In this document: one piece after another, positions 1 through 10,165 of the stretch
How positions within the stretch are numbered: the stretch's first letter is position 1
Layout: every line of letters starts with the position of its first letter
Assembly: GCA_023251435.1 (NCBI GenBank)
Contig: JAHEYU010000022.1
Coordinates: forward strand, 5,194 to 69,193
Length of the DNA stretch: 64,000 nucleotides
Reading direction: 5' to 3'
From: Bacteroidota bacterium
Lineage (GTDB): Bacteria > Bacteroidota > Bacteroidia > Bacteroidales > Prolixibacteraceae
Notes under the pieces: model-generated
The model's input: the letters and a program-made list of their open reading frames with translations, nothing else
Told to the model about the DNA's origin: nothing
The model's database searches: none
Made by a program: the position numbers and the translations under genes

Positions 1-813
1 CTCTTCGCCCCATTTGAACCATTGCCATTCGCTGGTGGTAACCGGTCCGCAAATTTTTATTTCCGGGAACAAAGCACGGGCTTTTTTTGCCACTTCGATA
101 TAATTATCCATAAATTTCGAAGCCGATATGAGGGTAGGCATCACATCGTCATGCGTTCCGTTCCATACATCGGCCTCATTATCCATGTTCCAGTAAAGAA
201 ATTGATTTTTATTCAACCCTATGCCTTTCGGACCAAACCAATGGTCCAGGATTCCTACAGTAGAATCGGCAGGCCAAACTTCTGTATAAAGATCAGGATT
301 ACCTGCTTTTGCTGCTTTACCTTTATTCGTGCCGGTGGTATTCGGAGTTCCTCCTCCAGCTAAATTTTGATGAACTCCTTCCCACCATTGCGATTGATTG
401 TATCCCCAATCGTTAAAGTTATGAGCGGTACTTGAAGCAACACGTCCAATCAACTGAAATGCCCACATCACCTGCATTTTGGGATGGCTTGTTGTTACGT
501 CTTTAGAAGTTTTGTCCCAATTATTAGGGTAAACATTGTTATACCAGTCGGGGTGGCTCCCAATTTTTTTTCGCCAGTTGTATTTGGTTGCATTATTGCC
601 ACCGTTCATCCTTGCAAAACGCAAACCTGCATCTTTATAGAAAGTTGCAGGTTTGTCAAAACTTTCATTTCGACCGTAGATATAAGGTGAGATCGCCTTT
701 TTGTTCAATGTAGCATTTACCGTAACAGTAACATCTTGTGCTTGTATTGTAGTAATTGCCAAACAAAAAAGCAGAAGTGCTAAATGATAATGTTTAATCG
801 ATTTTGGTTTCAT
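1..813 (-). CDS. Glycoside hydrolase, GH44-like (N-terminal 271 codons; gene runs off the left edge)
   Basis: Absent from the ORF track because no stop lies in the window. My hand translation of the reverse strand from the ATG at 813-811 is open to base 1. It reads MKPKSIKHYHLALLLFCLAITTIQAQ (signal peptide) ...ISPYIYGRNES...RFARMNGGNNATKYNW...LYWNMDNEADVWNGTHDDV. I associate the GGN..T.YNW and DNE..VW..TH motifs with GH44 endoglucanase/xyloglucanase. The family call is from memory only. Confidence 0.55.
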   Translation of the reverse strand, partial: MKPKSIKHYHLALLLFCLAITTIQAQDVTVTVNATLNKKAISPYIYGRNESFDKPATFYKDAGLRFARMNGGNNATKYNWRKKIGSHPDWYNNVYPNNWDKTSKDVTTSHPKMQVMWAFQLIGRVASSTAHNFNDWGYNQSQWWEGVHQNLAGGGTPNTTGTNKGKAAKAGNPDLYTEVWPADSTVGILDHWFGPKGIGLNKNQFLYWNMDNEADVWNGTHDDVMPTLISASKFMDNYIEVAKKARALFPEIKICGPVTTSEWQWFKWGEE

Positions 814-866
814 AAGATTCAGAATAGGAGTTGTTTATCTTTAGTTTCTACCGACCATCAAAAAGG

Positions 867-2456
867 TTACTTAGTATTTTCTTCATAATCAAACCAGTCA
901 AAATCGGCAGGATGTGTATTTTTGTTTTCGTTCCCCGAAGCATACATTCCAATAAAGGTGCCTGTAAATCCACCAACAACTTCAGTCGATAAATCTTTTG
1001 TATTTGCTGTACCTACCAATACGGCTTTCTTTCCTTTTCTTTGCATCCAAAATTGATATTCAAGATCGGTTGAGCTGATTCGCAAAATCAGGTCTCCACC
1101 AGGAATTTCTTTAAACACAGTACTAAACTCCTTATCCTTCAGGTATTTTCGAAGCAGTACTACCCGTTTTCCGTCACGCATGGTAATCAGAAAGTCATAA
1201 TGGTTGGCATCATCTGCGCGAACCACCAAACCGGCTTCTTCATTGGTTGCAGTAGGTACAAAGCTTAATTTGGCAGCAGCAACCATATCGTAGGCTGTTT
1301 GACGGCGACAAACAAATGCCGGAGAATCTTTCTCTTTAAAGCTGATTTTTGACCCATTTAATCTGAGAAAACCCGGCTTTTCCGTTAGCGACCAGTCTTC
1401 CGAATGTGGATTCCGAACAAAATTCCAGTTCAGGTTCAATTTGGAAACGTCAAAGCCATCGCGAACGGGTTCCTTTTTCCAAATATGCAGCGGTAAGTTT
1501 GGCGCAGGATATTCTTCTTTGACAATGCCATCGGTTCCTACTTTGGGCCATCCGTCGGCATTCCAGGTAACGGGTGCCAGAAAAGTTTCGCGCCCCAGGT
1601 GGTGATAGTTGCCATTTCGGGGTCTGAAACCCAGACATACCAACCACCAGCTATCATCCGGAAGTTGCAACAAATCGGCATGTCCAATGGCCTGAAAGGG
1701 ATGACCGGGAGCCTTCATATTCGAAGCAACCGGGTTGATTGGGCTTGCCTCAAATGGTCCGTAGGGCGACTTACTGCGTTGGATGACTTCACGGTGCTCG
1801 TAACCGGTTCCGCCTTCTGCGGACATTAAGTAGTAATAATCGTTTATCTTGTACATGTGAGGTCCTTCAGGAGCTGAACCACCAAGTCCTGCGGCAATCA
1901 ATTTCAATGGCTTGTGGTGTTTATTCGTCTTAAGATCCAGCGTCCCCGTTAAGAAACTTCCTTTGTTATCAGGACTCAGATAATAAACACTGTCATTTTC
2001 AAACATGAGCGATGGGTCAACATACCAGTTGCTTAACCAGTGAGGATCAGACCACGGACCGGCAGGATTGGTGGCTGTTACATAAAACACTCCTTGCGAA
2101 CCCCTCCCTCCATAGTTGGTACAAATTACATAAAAAGTGCCCTCGTGATAGCGGATTGTTGGCGCATATTGGCCGCCTGTGCCTGATGCTGCTCCCATTA
2201 GAGGATTATTTGCGGGGGTTGACAATGCATGGCCAATTAATTTCCAATGCACCAAATCCTTACTCTGATAAATGGGCACTCCGGGAAAATATTCGAAAGT
2301 AGAAGTGATCAGATAATAATCCTCGCCTACCCGGCAAATGCTCGGATCGGGATTCATACCGGTTAAAATTGGATTCCTGAAAGTTGTTTGTCCGTTTATG
2401 GAACCTACCCATAAGATCGCCGACAGTAGCATCAATAAGATAACTTTTGCTTGCAT
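867..2456 (-). CDS. GH43 beta-xylosidase / alpha-L-arabinofuranosidase (propeller + C-terminal beta-sandwich)
   Basis: 529 aa with signal peptide MQAKVILLMLLSAILWVGSINGQ. NPILTGMNPDPSICRVGEDYYLITSTFEYFPGVPIYQSKDLVHWKLIGH is the canonical GH43 N-terminus. Length and C-terminal half fit XynB-type enzymes. Confidence 0.9.
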   Translation of the reverse strand: MQAKVILLMLLSAILWVGSINGQTTFRNPILTGMNPDPSICRVGEDYYLITSTFEYFPGVPIYQSKDLVHWKLIGHALSTPANNPLMGAASGTGGQYAPTIRYHEGTFYVICTNYGGRGSQGVFYVTATNPAGPWSDPHWLSNWYVDPSLMFENDSVYYLSPDNKGSFLTGTLDLKTNKHHKPLKLIAAGLGGSAPEGPHMYKINDYYYLMSAEGGTGYEHREVIQRSKSPYGPFEASPINPVASNMKAPGHPFQAIGHADLLQLPDDSWWLVCLGFRPRNGNYHHLGRETFLAPVTWNADGWPKVGTDGIVKEEYPAPNLPLHIWKKEPVRDGFDVSKLNLNWNFVRNPHSEDWSLTEKPGFLRLNGSKISFKEKDSPAFVCRRQTAYDMVAAAKLSFVPTATNEEAGLVVRADDANHYDFLITMRDGKRVVLLRKYLKDKEFSTVFKEIPGGDLILRISSTDLEYQFWMQRKGKKAVLVGTANTKDLSTEVVGGFTGTFIGMYASGNENKNTHPADFDWFDYEENTK

Positions 2457-2616
2457 AGATGTAATTTTTGTGAATCGCTTAATTTGATCTTCGAATATTT
2501 ACAAAGCTAGCTGAAGTCGATTATTCACCTTTTACAAAAAGCGACAAACTGTTTGCAGAATGAGATATACTGGAAAAACATTTACACAAAAACGGCAAAA
2601 CCTTTTACAAAAAGGT

Positions 2617-3744
2617 TCACAGTTTGTGTTTATCGCGGTATTCAGTGGGACTGATCTGCAATTCGGATTTAAAAACTCTGTTAAAATGACTTTGATTGTT
2701 AAACCCAACTTTGAAAGCGATTTCTCCAATATTAAGTTCTTTATCAAGGAGTAATCGTTTCGATTCGGTAATTCGTAAACGATTGATATAACTTTTAAAA
2801 TTACAACTAAACTGATTTTGTATATCATTCGTTATTCTTCGCTGGCTAACGCCTGTTTCGCCGGAAACAAGATCTAGGGTAAGTTCACTGTTTTGAAAAT
2901 TGCTGTTGATAAAATCAATAAAATCGGATTTCGAACTTTCAGTCGTTCTATTCTCAATAGCTTTATAGGTGATTGTTATCGTTTGTTTTTTCTCCCTCAT
3001 TTTCTCAATAATATATAATGCTACGAAAACAAGGAGAATAAATAAAAATTCCAGCGCTATTATCAAATAAATCAGCGGTTTATTATTTCTGGAAAAGGCC
3101 AGCGAGTAAATTTCAAAGGATTGTGTTTTTCCGGTATTGTTGGTAAATGCACTGCTCACATTGATTGTTTCCAGATTTTTTAAATCAGGTTTAATGGTTG
3201 ATGCATCTTCAATCCGGTTATTCTCGCCCCACCAGTCGGGCACCTCAAATTTATCCGTGCTAATTTTGTAAGTATTAATTCCTGATGAGATTTTAAAAAT
3301 GTGGTAAAACAAAATATCCTGACTTTTAAATTCAACTTTTTTCAAGGAATTCCGGGTAACTAAAGCGATTCCAACACCATTTATTTCATACCCCTTCAGT
3401 CTAATTATTAGCTGGTTATAATGTCCTAGATTAATCGATTTACTATTTTTTGGTCCGACATTTAATCCTGCATACGGAGCATTTATCTTATTGCTAATTT
3501 GAAAATCAAGTCTAATAAGGCTATCAGTAATAACCTTCTTAAGAATTTTTGAATCACCACCGGCCGTACTATCGGAGTAAAACGTATAATCAAAAATTTG
3601 ATCATTCGGAAAAACACTAAAATCCCTGATACTTAAAAAATATACAAGAATTATAGTTCCTAAAACCAATACGGGTATAGTACTCCAAATAAACAATTTT
3701 GACCTGAGTACTTTTATCGCCAATCTATCATGAGAAAATCGCAT
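2617..3744 (-). CDS. Membrane-anchored AraC/XylS-family transcriptional regulator (2 TM helices flanking an extracytoplasmic domain)
   Basis: 375 aa. Hydrophobic helices LFIWSTIPVLVLGTIILVYFL and LIYLIIALEFLFILLVFVALYII bracket about 200 aa. C-terminal AraC HTH: LNIGEIAFKVGFNNQSHFNRVFKSELQISPTEYR. Confidence 0.8.
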   Translation of the reverse strand: MRFSHDRLAIKVLRSKLFIWSTIPVLVLGTIILVYFLSIRDFSVFPNDQIFDYTFYSDSTAGGDSKILKKVITDSLIRLDFQISNKINAPYAGLNVGPKNSKSINLGHYNQLIIRLKGYEINGVGIALVTRNSLKKVEFKSQDILFYHIFKISSGINTYKISTDKFEVPDWWGENNRIEDASTIKPDLKNLETINVSSAFTNNTGKTQSFEIYSLAFSRNNKPLIYLIIALEFLFILLVFVALYIIEKMREKKQTITITYKAIENRTTESSKSDFIDFINSNFQNSELTLDLVSGETGVSQRRITNDIQNQFSCNFKSYINRLRITESKRLLLDKELNIGEIAFKVGFNNQSHFNRVFKSELQISPTEYRDKHKL

Positions 3745-3792
3745 TTATAACTCTAATTTTATGTATCCGTTTTACTATACAAACTACGCCGA

Positions 3793-4887
3793 CTACCCCT
3801 CCCTGTATTGAGTGGGCGTTTTTCCAATCGTTTTCTTAAAGGCCAGATTAAAAGCGCCTTTGGTGTTAAAACCCGATTCGTACATTACCTCGAAAACGGG
3901 TTTTTCCCTATCGGCAAGCAACAACCTGCAGGCATGCTCTATTCGGAGTGAATTGATGTAATCGTTCAGATTTCTTTGCTGAATGGTGTTGATTGCTTGT
4001 GAAATATTTCGTTCTTTTTCGTTCAGAGCAGTGGCAATTTGCTGAAGGTTTAATTCAGGTTCAAGGTACATTTTCTGAACTGCCACCAGTTCCTCAATTC
4101 GTTTCATCAAAAATTGCATATCAGTGCTTGGCAAATTTCCAGATTTAGGTTTTACCTCTTCCTCTTCGCTGAATAGTTTATGTGTAATGGTATTGTAAAA
4201 AATAGCGAAGAAAAAAAGAAAGAAATACGAAATACTGATAAGGTTGACCAAAGAAGCTATCGGACTATTTATCAAGTCAACTACCATAACGGCAATTCCA
4301 CCCAGGCCTCCCAAAGCGTAGCCATACACAATAAAACGTAGCCATCTGATATCAATTCCTGATGACGCAGTTTGCTTCTGAAGAGTTCTTTTCTTTTCAA
4401 TATGGAACAACAATCTGATCGTCAGAAAATTATAAAACAGATATTGTACTTTAACTGTAAGATCAACCGCAAGAGCCGTATTATTAAGAAAAGTACCCTG
4501 CTGATATAAATTCTCCCAGATGTAATGATTTCCTTTCAGCATCCAAATCAGCAGGAAGAAAATCAGAAAAGCCACAAAAGGGATGAAATGAATCAGGTGC
4601 TTTTTATTCAGCTTAAAACCAGAGGAAAAACAGTAGCGGATATAAAAATAAAACAATGGAACCCACAAACAATACAAAGGTTTGTAGATGAAATGCAAAA
4701 CCGGAAACTGGTCGAAAAAACTATTCCCGCCCGAAAGTGTCAGACTGTTCAATCCATTGGTTAGCACTTCAACCGAGGCGTAAATTGCCAGCATCAGGCT
4801 TGGCGGATGCTTTCTTCCCTTGTGAAACAGTAACAGGGTTAGCACCAGCATGGTGTACATGATCAGCAGATGAACAGTCTTCTCCAT
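3793..4887 (-). CDS. Polytopic-membrane AraC/XylS-family transcriptional regulator
   Basis: 364 aa. The N-terminal ~230 aa consist of multiple hydrophobic helices. C-terminal AraC HTH: VFEVMYESGFNTKGAFNLAFKKTIGKTPTQYR. Confidence 0.8.
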   Translation of the reverse strand: MEKTVHLLIMYTMLVLTLLLFHKGRKHPPSLMLAIYASVEVLTNGLNSLTLSGGNSFFDQFPVLHFIYKPLYCLWVPLFYFYIRYCFSSGFKLNKKHLIHFIPFVAFLIFFLLIWMLKGNHYIWENLYQQGTFLNNTALAVDLTVKVQYLFYNFLTIRLLFHIEKKRTLQKQTASSGIDIRWLRFIVYGYALGGLGGIAVMVVDLINSPIASLVNLISISYFFLFFFAIFYNTITHKLFSEEEEVKPKSGNLPSTDMQFLMKRIEELVAVQKMYLEPELNLQQIATALNEKERNISQAINTIQQRNLNDYINSLRIEHACRLLLADREKPVFEVMYESGFNTKGAFNLAFKKTIGKTPTQYREG

Positions 4888-5063
4888 AATTCACAAACAG
4901 GTTGAAAGGGTAAAAGTAGTAAATTTCAGACGCTACATGAATGAATTTTTTCGAGATAAAACGGTCAAATATCATGTTTCTGTACCTTCTTTCCGTATTT
5001 TGGCTCTACTTTTATCAATTGAACTAATTCAGGCAAACAATACTAAATATAACTAAACTGGCA

Positions 5064-6503
5064 ATGGTTAAAAAACTGGCATTCTTTGCTGCAATCCTTC
5101 TTTCTTGCTTTCAACCTAAAGCACAGTTAGCAACCATTGATCTTGGGAATGTTAAGCAAATTATTGACGGCTTTGGAGCCAGCACTGCGTGGCACGCTCA
5201 ACTCACAACTGCTGAGGCTGATGCTGCTTTCAAAAATGAAAATGCGGAACAGATGGGATTGAGCATTTTAAGGGTAAGGATATCTCCGAATTCTACAGAT
5301 TGGTCAGGGTGGGCAGATGAAAAAGCGAATGCCCAAAAAGCAAAGGCACGCGGAGCCATGATTCTTGCGTCGCCCTGGTCTCCTCCGGCCAGTATGAAAA
5401 ACAACAATAATTTAATTGGTGGCGAACTAAAACCAGAATCCTATTCAACTTATGCCAGCCACCTGAAAACTTTTTGCACCTATTTAGGAAATGTGGATGT
5501 GGTTTCGATACAAAATGAACCGAATATTGAGGTGGGTTATGAATCATGTAACTGGACTCCGACGCAGCTTCTGGCTTTTTGTAAGAACAATGCGTCAGCC
5601 ATTGGAAAACCTGTAATGGCGCCGGAAGCCTATAATTTTGATAAAAATTATTCCGAGCCAATTTTGAATGATTCAACCGCAAATGCCCATGTTCAATACA
5701 TTGGCGGGCATTTATACGGAGCCAAAGCTTACAATTATACCAACGCCATTACAAAGGGGAAAAAGGTTTGGATGACGGAAAAGTATTTTAATCCGGATGA
5801 CATAGCAACTTGTCTGGTGATGGCAAAGGAAATTACTGAATGTATGTATTTTAACATGAACGCATACATTTGGTGGTATCTTCGTCAGCCTGGGTGTAAC
5901 CTGATGGATGCCGGTGGAATGCTTAAAAAGAAAGGCTATACAATGGGGCAGTTTTCGAAATTCGTGCGCCCTGGCTATTCTCGGGTTGAAGCTACCTATC
6001 AGCCTGTTACCTGGGTTTATGTAGTAGCCTTCAAAGGAAAAGACAGAAATGTAGTTGTAGTGGCCAACCAAAATACGACCGCGAAAACGCAAGCTTTTAC
6101 TTTTAAAAATGAGACTATCACAAGTGTCAGAAAGTACGTTACTTCAGCCACAAAAAACATAAGCGACGAGGGAGTTATTCCCTGCTCAAACAATTCATTC
6201 AGCGATATCCTTGAGGCACAAAGCATCACTACATATATCACCCAGAATTTTCCTACAGGAGCAAATTCCTCAAAGAATCCTGAAATAAAGATTTTCCCCA
6301 ATCCTGCTTCCGATTATTTTCAGCTTTCATCGTTGATGGATGTGACAAGCCTGGAACTTTCCAATTTACTTGGACAGCGACTTACTGTTATGACTCATCC
6401 GCAAAGCTCAAAAATTGATATATCATCGCTTACTCCGGGAATTTACCTGATTAAGATACAAAAGAAAGATAGTAAACAGAGTTTCAGACTTCTTAAAAAG
6501 TAA
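5064..6503 (+). CDS. GH30 subfamily 8-type glucuronoxylanase with T9SS C-terminal domain
   Basis: 479 aa, collinear with my memory of Bacillus XynC: IDGFGASTAW, LSILRVRISP, ASPWSPPASMK, VSIQNEPN, WMTEKY, YIWWYLR, FSKFVRPGY. The tail IKIFPNPASDYFQL...GIYLIKIQ is a T9SS sorting domain. Confidence 0.9.
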   Translation: MVKKLAFFAAILLSCFQPKAQLATIDLGNVKQIIDGFGASTAWHAQLTTAEADAAFKNENAEQMGLSILRVRISPNSTDWSGWADEKANAQKAKARGAMILASPWSPPASMKNNNNLIGGELKPESYSTYASHLKTFCTYLGNVDVVSIQNEPNIEVGYESCNWTPTQLLAFCKNNASAIGKPVMAPEAYNFDKNYSEPILNDSTANAHVQYIGGHLYGAKAYNYTNAITKGKKVWMTEKYFNPDDIATCLVMAKEITECMYFNMNAYIWWYLRQPGCNLMDAGGMLKKKGYTMGQFSKFVRPGYSRVEATYQPVTWVYVVAFKGKDRNVVVVANQNTTAKTQAFTFKNETITSVRKYVTSATKNISDEGVIPCSNNSFSDILEAQSITTYITQNFPTGANSSKNPEIKIFPNPASDYFQLSSLMDVTSLELSNLLGQRLTVMTHPQSSKIDISSLTPGIYLIKIQKKDSKQSFRLLKK

Positions 6504-6530
6504 GCTTCAAATCAAAAAAGTGAATCTACC

Positions 6531-8468
6531 ATGAACCGAATATTTAAGATATTTTTCAGCATCTTCATCCTGATTTTGTTGATCGCCCAAACCGGGAATA
6601 GTCAGGTGCGACTGCCGAAACTGGTGAGCGATGGAATGGTCCTTCAGCGCGAAACTCCGGTGAAGATCTGGGGTTGGGCGAGTGCAGGAGAAAATGTAAA
6701 ACTCAATTTCAACAACCAATCGTTCGAAACACTTACCCCGGCTGACGGCAAATGGATGATTACCCTTCCGGCACAAAAGGCGGGCGGACCATTTGAAATG
6801 AAAATCACTGGCAGCAATCAAATTATCCTGAAGGACGTTCTCTTTGGCGATGTTTGGCTGTGTTCAGGCCAATCGAACATGGAAACGACGATGAGCCGGG
6901 TTTCTCCTCTTTACGGAAAGGACATTGAAACCTGCATGAATCCCAACATCAGGCTATTTCAGGTTCCGGTACGCTGGAATTATACCAAACCGCAAGAAGA
7001 CATTCAAGGTGGAAAATGGGAAGCAGCCAATCCGCAAACAATTTTAAAATATACAGCAGTGGGCTATTTCTTTGCCCGCGACCTTTACGAAAAGTATAAA
7101 ATTCCGGTCGGAATTATCCAGTGTGCCGCCGGTGGCTCATCTGCCGAAAGCTGGATCAGTGAAGAGTCGCTGAAAGCTTTCCCCGATCAGTTTAAAATTG
7201 CCAAACAGCTTTCAGATACAACTTACCTGAAAAACCTGCTCAATTCGGAGCGAACTGCACAGTCGAAATGGTTCGATGAGCTGGGGAAAAGTGATCTGGG
7301 AAGAAAGGGAATGCCCTGGCTCATTTCGCAACTTGATGATTCTGACTGGCCAACTTTGCAAATACCATCTTCGTTTAGGGAAGCAGGTATGGATTTTAAA
7401 AGTGGTGCCGTTTGGTTTCGTAAGGAAATAGAACTTCCTGAAAGTTGTTCAGGAAAACAAGCTCTTCTTGAACTTGGAACGATCGTTGACAGCGATTCAG
7501 TTTTTATAAACGGGAAATTTGTTGGGACAACAGGCTACCAATACCCACCACGCCGCTATGCTGTAGCTTCCGGTATTTTAAAATCAGGCAAAAACAACAT
7601 TACTGTGCGGGTAATCAGCCAATCGGGTAATGGTGCTTTTATCAAAGAAAAACCTTACCAACTGACCGTTGAAGGACAAACCTTCGACCTGAAAGGAACC
7701 TGGAAATACAACATCGGAGCGAAATGTGGACCCAGTCCAATTGCAACCTTTTTCCCCGGAAAACCGCTTGGATTGTACAATGCAATGCTTTCTCCTATTG
7801 TGAACTACACCTTGAAGGGGATGGTTTGGTACCAGGGCGAATCGAATGCTGAACGCGCTCACGAATACAAAACTGTTCTCGCTACCTTGATTGGCGAATG
7901 GCGAACACTCTGGGGACAAGGCGATCTACCGTTCCTTTTTGTTCAGCTTCCCGACTTTATGGAACCAAAGAATGAACCTTCTGAAGGCGGTTGGGCAACG
8001 CTTCGTAATCAGCAGTTGAAAACACTTTCAGTACCCAACACAGCCATGGCAGTTACCCTCGGATTAGGCGAAAAGAACGACATTCATCCACTTCGTAAAA
8101 AAGAAGTTGGACAACGACTTGCCCTTGCTGCCGAAAAGATTGCCTATGGCGATAAAAAAGTGGTAGCCTCGGGACCAATGTATCAGTCAATGAAGATGAA
8201 AGGCAACAAAATCGAACTGACTTTTTCTGATTGCGGAAGTGGACTGACCACCAATGATGGCAAGGAACTGAAACATTTTGCCATTTCCGGAGCCGACAAA
8301 AAGTTTGTATGGGCTAGAGCAGAAATCATAGGAAATAAAATAATTGTTTGGAACGAAGCTGTTCCTAAACCGGTTTCGGTGCGGTATGCCTGGGCTGATA
8401 ATCCTGCCGGTGCCAATCTGTATAACAAAGAAGGATTGCCCGCTTCGCCATTTAGTACCGAAAAGTAA
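6531..8468 (+). CDS. SASA-domain (sialate O-acetylesterase-like, CE6-type) carbohydrate esterase, probable acetylxylan esterase
   Basis: 645 aa with a signal peptide. GDVWLCSGQSNME is an SGNH-type nucleophile block. An inserted beta-sandwich is present (AVWFRKEIELP...FINGKFVG). Second half contains WYQGESN. Confidence 0.85.
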   Translation: MNRIFKIFFSIFILILLIAQTGNSQVRLPKLVSDGMVLQRETPVKIWGWASAGENVKLNFNNQSFETLTPADGKWMITLPAQKAGGPFEMKITGSNQIILKDVLFGDVWLCSGQSNMETTMSRVSPLYGKDIETCMNPNIRLFQVPVRWNYTKPQEDIQGGKWEAANPQTILKYTAVGYFFARDLYEKYKIPVGIIQCAAGGSSAESWISEESLKAFPDQFKIAKQLSDTTYLKNLLNSERTAQSKWFDELGKSDLGRKGMPWLISQLDDSDWPTLQIPSSFREAGMDFKSGAVWFRKEIELPESCSGKQALLELGTIVDSDSVFINGKFVGTTGYQYPPRRYAVASGILKSGKNNITVRVISQSGNGAFIKEKPYQLTVEGQTFDLKGTWKYNIGAKCGPSPIATFFPGKPLGLYNAMLSPIVNYTLKGMVWYQGESNAERAHEYKTVLATLIGEWRTLWGQGDLPFLFVQLPDFMEPKNEPSEGGWATLRNQQLKTLSVPNTAMAVTLGLGEKNDIHPLRKKEVGQRLALAAEKIAYGDKKVVASGPMYQSMKMKGNKIELTFSDCGSGLTTNDGKELKHFAISGADKKFVWARAEIIGNKIIVWNEAVPKPVSVRYAWADNPAGANLYNKEGLPASPFSTEK

Positions 8469-8485
8469 TCATTGAAATAAAAACG

Positions 8486-10129
8486 ATGGATCATTTTAAA
8501 AAGATATTCTGGTTAGCGCTTTCATTGTTGATAGTGTTGTTTCCTGCTCAGATGCAGGCACAAACAGCCATTCAAACCAATGTTCCTGCGCTGAAAGTAG
8601 TGTACGCCAATGATTTTAATTTCGGTTATATTTTATCGTATCCTCACATCGGATTTTCTACAGATCCTTATGTTTCTGGACAGGGATCGGTTGTTGCACC
8701 ACAGGGCGGCAACCTTGTAAAATTTCATGCGAACAGTATGACACCCGGCAACAACATGAAATCGATTTATACGATCGATATTTCAGCAAGCGCAAAAGCT
8801 TTTCAGGCGGCAACAACTCAGGCAGCTAAAGATTCCATTGAAACCCATCCGGTATTGAAATTTAACGGGAACCTGATTGCACAACTCAATTGGGCCAAAC
8901 GACAGGGTTTTACATTCAGAGGTCACACCCTGGTTTGGCACAGTCAGAGTCCTGCTGAATTTTTTCGTTCAGGATATACAGCAACAGGAACTCGATTGAC
9001 CAAAGAAGTGATGACTCTGCGGATGGAAAACTACATCAAAGAAGTAATCAGGCTATTGCATCAAAACTGGCCTGGTTTATTATCAGCAATGGATGTCGTA
9101 AATGAGGCGATTAGCGATAGTAACGGCGCTTTCAGAACTTCAGGAAATGAATGGTACACCACTTTTGGCGACCAGACTTATATATTAAAAGCTTTTGAGT
9201 TGGCTCGGAAATACACCATTCAGTACGGCGAAACTCAAATGAAACTGTACTATAACGATTACAATACAAGTAGCGCTTCGAAAGCTGATGGAATTGTGAA
9301 ATTGTGCAAACCCATTTTCGACGCCGGTTATCTGGACGGAATCGGGATGCAGGAACACAATTCAATGACCTCTCCAACAGCATCGAGCTGGATCAGTGCT
9401 TACAATAAATATTATCCGATCTGTAGCGAAATGGCGGTGACCGAACTCGACGTTACCACCAGCAGCGGCACCAATACGCCTTCAGCAGCAATTCTGACGA
9501 CACAGGCCAACCAATATGCGATGTTGTTCAAGTGCTTTGTTGAACGAAGCTATAAATCAGGAAGGGGAAAAATTATTAGTGTTACCAAAGATGGGTTGAA
9601 CGACCAATACACTTTTGTTACCAACCAGTCATCATCGTTGTGGGATGTTAACAATCAGTGTAAACCAGCATTTTATGCGGTGGCAAATGTTGGAATTTAT
9701 TACAACAGACTCGATTCGTTGATTGCCGCTACGCAAAAACTAAATTCGGGCAACTATTCAACCCAAATGTGGCAAAATATCACCACCGCTTTGAATTCGG
9801 CAAAAAGCTCATTATCTCAAAACTATTCGGCATCATCATCGGCAGTAACCGGATTGAGCAACGCCATTGCCAATCTAAAAAAAGCCCTGATTACGTATCC
9901 TACGCAGGTTAATGAACTCCGCGACAAAATATCGGTACATACTTTTTGCGGAACCATCCATATAAACAATTTATCAAAGGGGGCGCAGATAGCTGTTTAC
10001 GGGTTGAATGGTGCTTTACTGCATTCAGTAAGAGCATCGTCATCCAACATTTCGGTTCCTTATACTGTACCATGTATTGTGCGTGCTGTAGACGGTAAAG
10101 ATATGTTTACAAGAAAAATCATACAGTAA
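8486..10129 (+). CDS. GH10 endo-1,4-beta-xylanase with helical linker and T9SS-like tail
   Basis: 547 aa with GH10 blocks FRGHTLVWHSQSP, VVNEA (acid/base), YYNDYN, GIGMQEH and VTELDV (nucleophile). C-terminal beta-rich tail ...AQIAVYGLNGALLHSV...FTRKIIQ. Confidence 0.9.
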   Translation: MDHFKKIFWLALSLLIVLFPAQMQAQTAIQTNVPALKVVYANDFNFGYILSYPHIGFSTDPYVSGQGSVVAPQGGNLVKFHANSMTPGNNMKSIYTIDISASAKAFQAATTQAAKDSIETHPVLKFNGNLIAQLNWAKRQGFTFRGHTLVWHSQSPAEFFRSGYTATGTRLTKEVMTLRMENYIKEVIRLLHQNWPGLLSAMDVVNEAISDSNGAFRTSGNEWYTTFGDQTYILKAFELARKYTIQYGETQMKLYYNDYNTSSASKADGIVKLCKPIFDAGYLDGIGMQEHNSMTSPTASSWISAYNKYYPICSEMAVTELDVTTSSGTNTPSAAILTTQANQYAMLFKCFVERSYKSGRGKIISVTKDGLNDQYTFVTNQSSSLWDVNNQCKPAFYAVANVGIYYNRLDSLIAATQKLNSGNYSTQMWQNITTALNSAKSSLSQNYSASSSAVTGLSNAIANLKKALITYPTQVNELRDKISVHTFCGTIHINNLSKGAQIAVYGLNGALLHSVRASSSNISVPYTVPCIVRAVDGKDMFTRKIIQ

Positions 10130-10165
10130 AAAAAATACCAATCGGCAACTTAAAACATTTATAAA

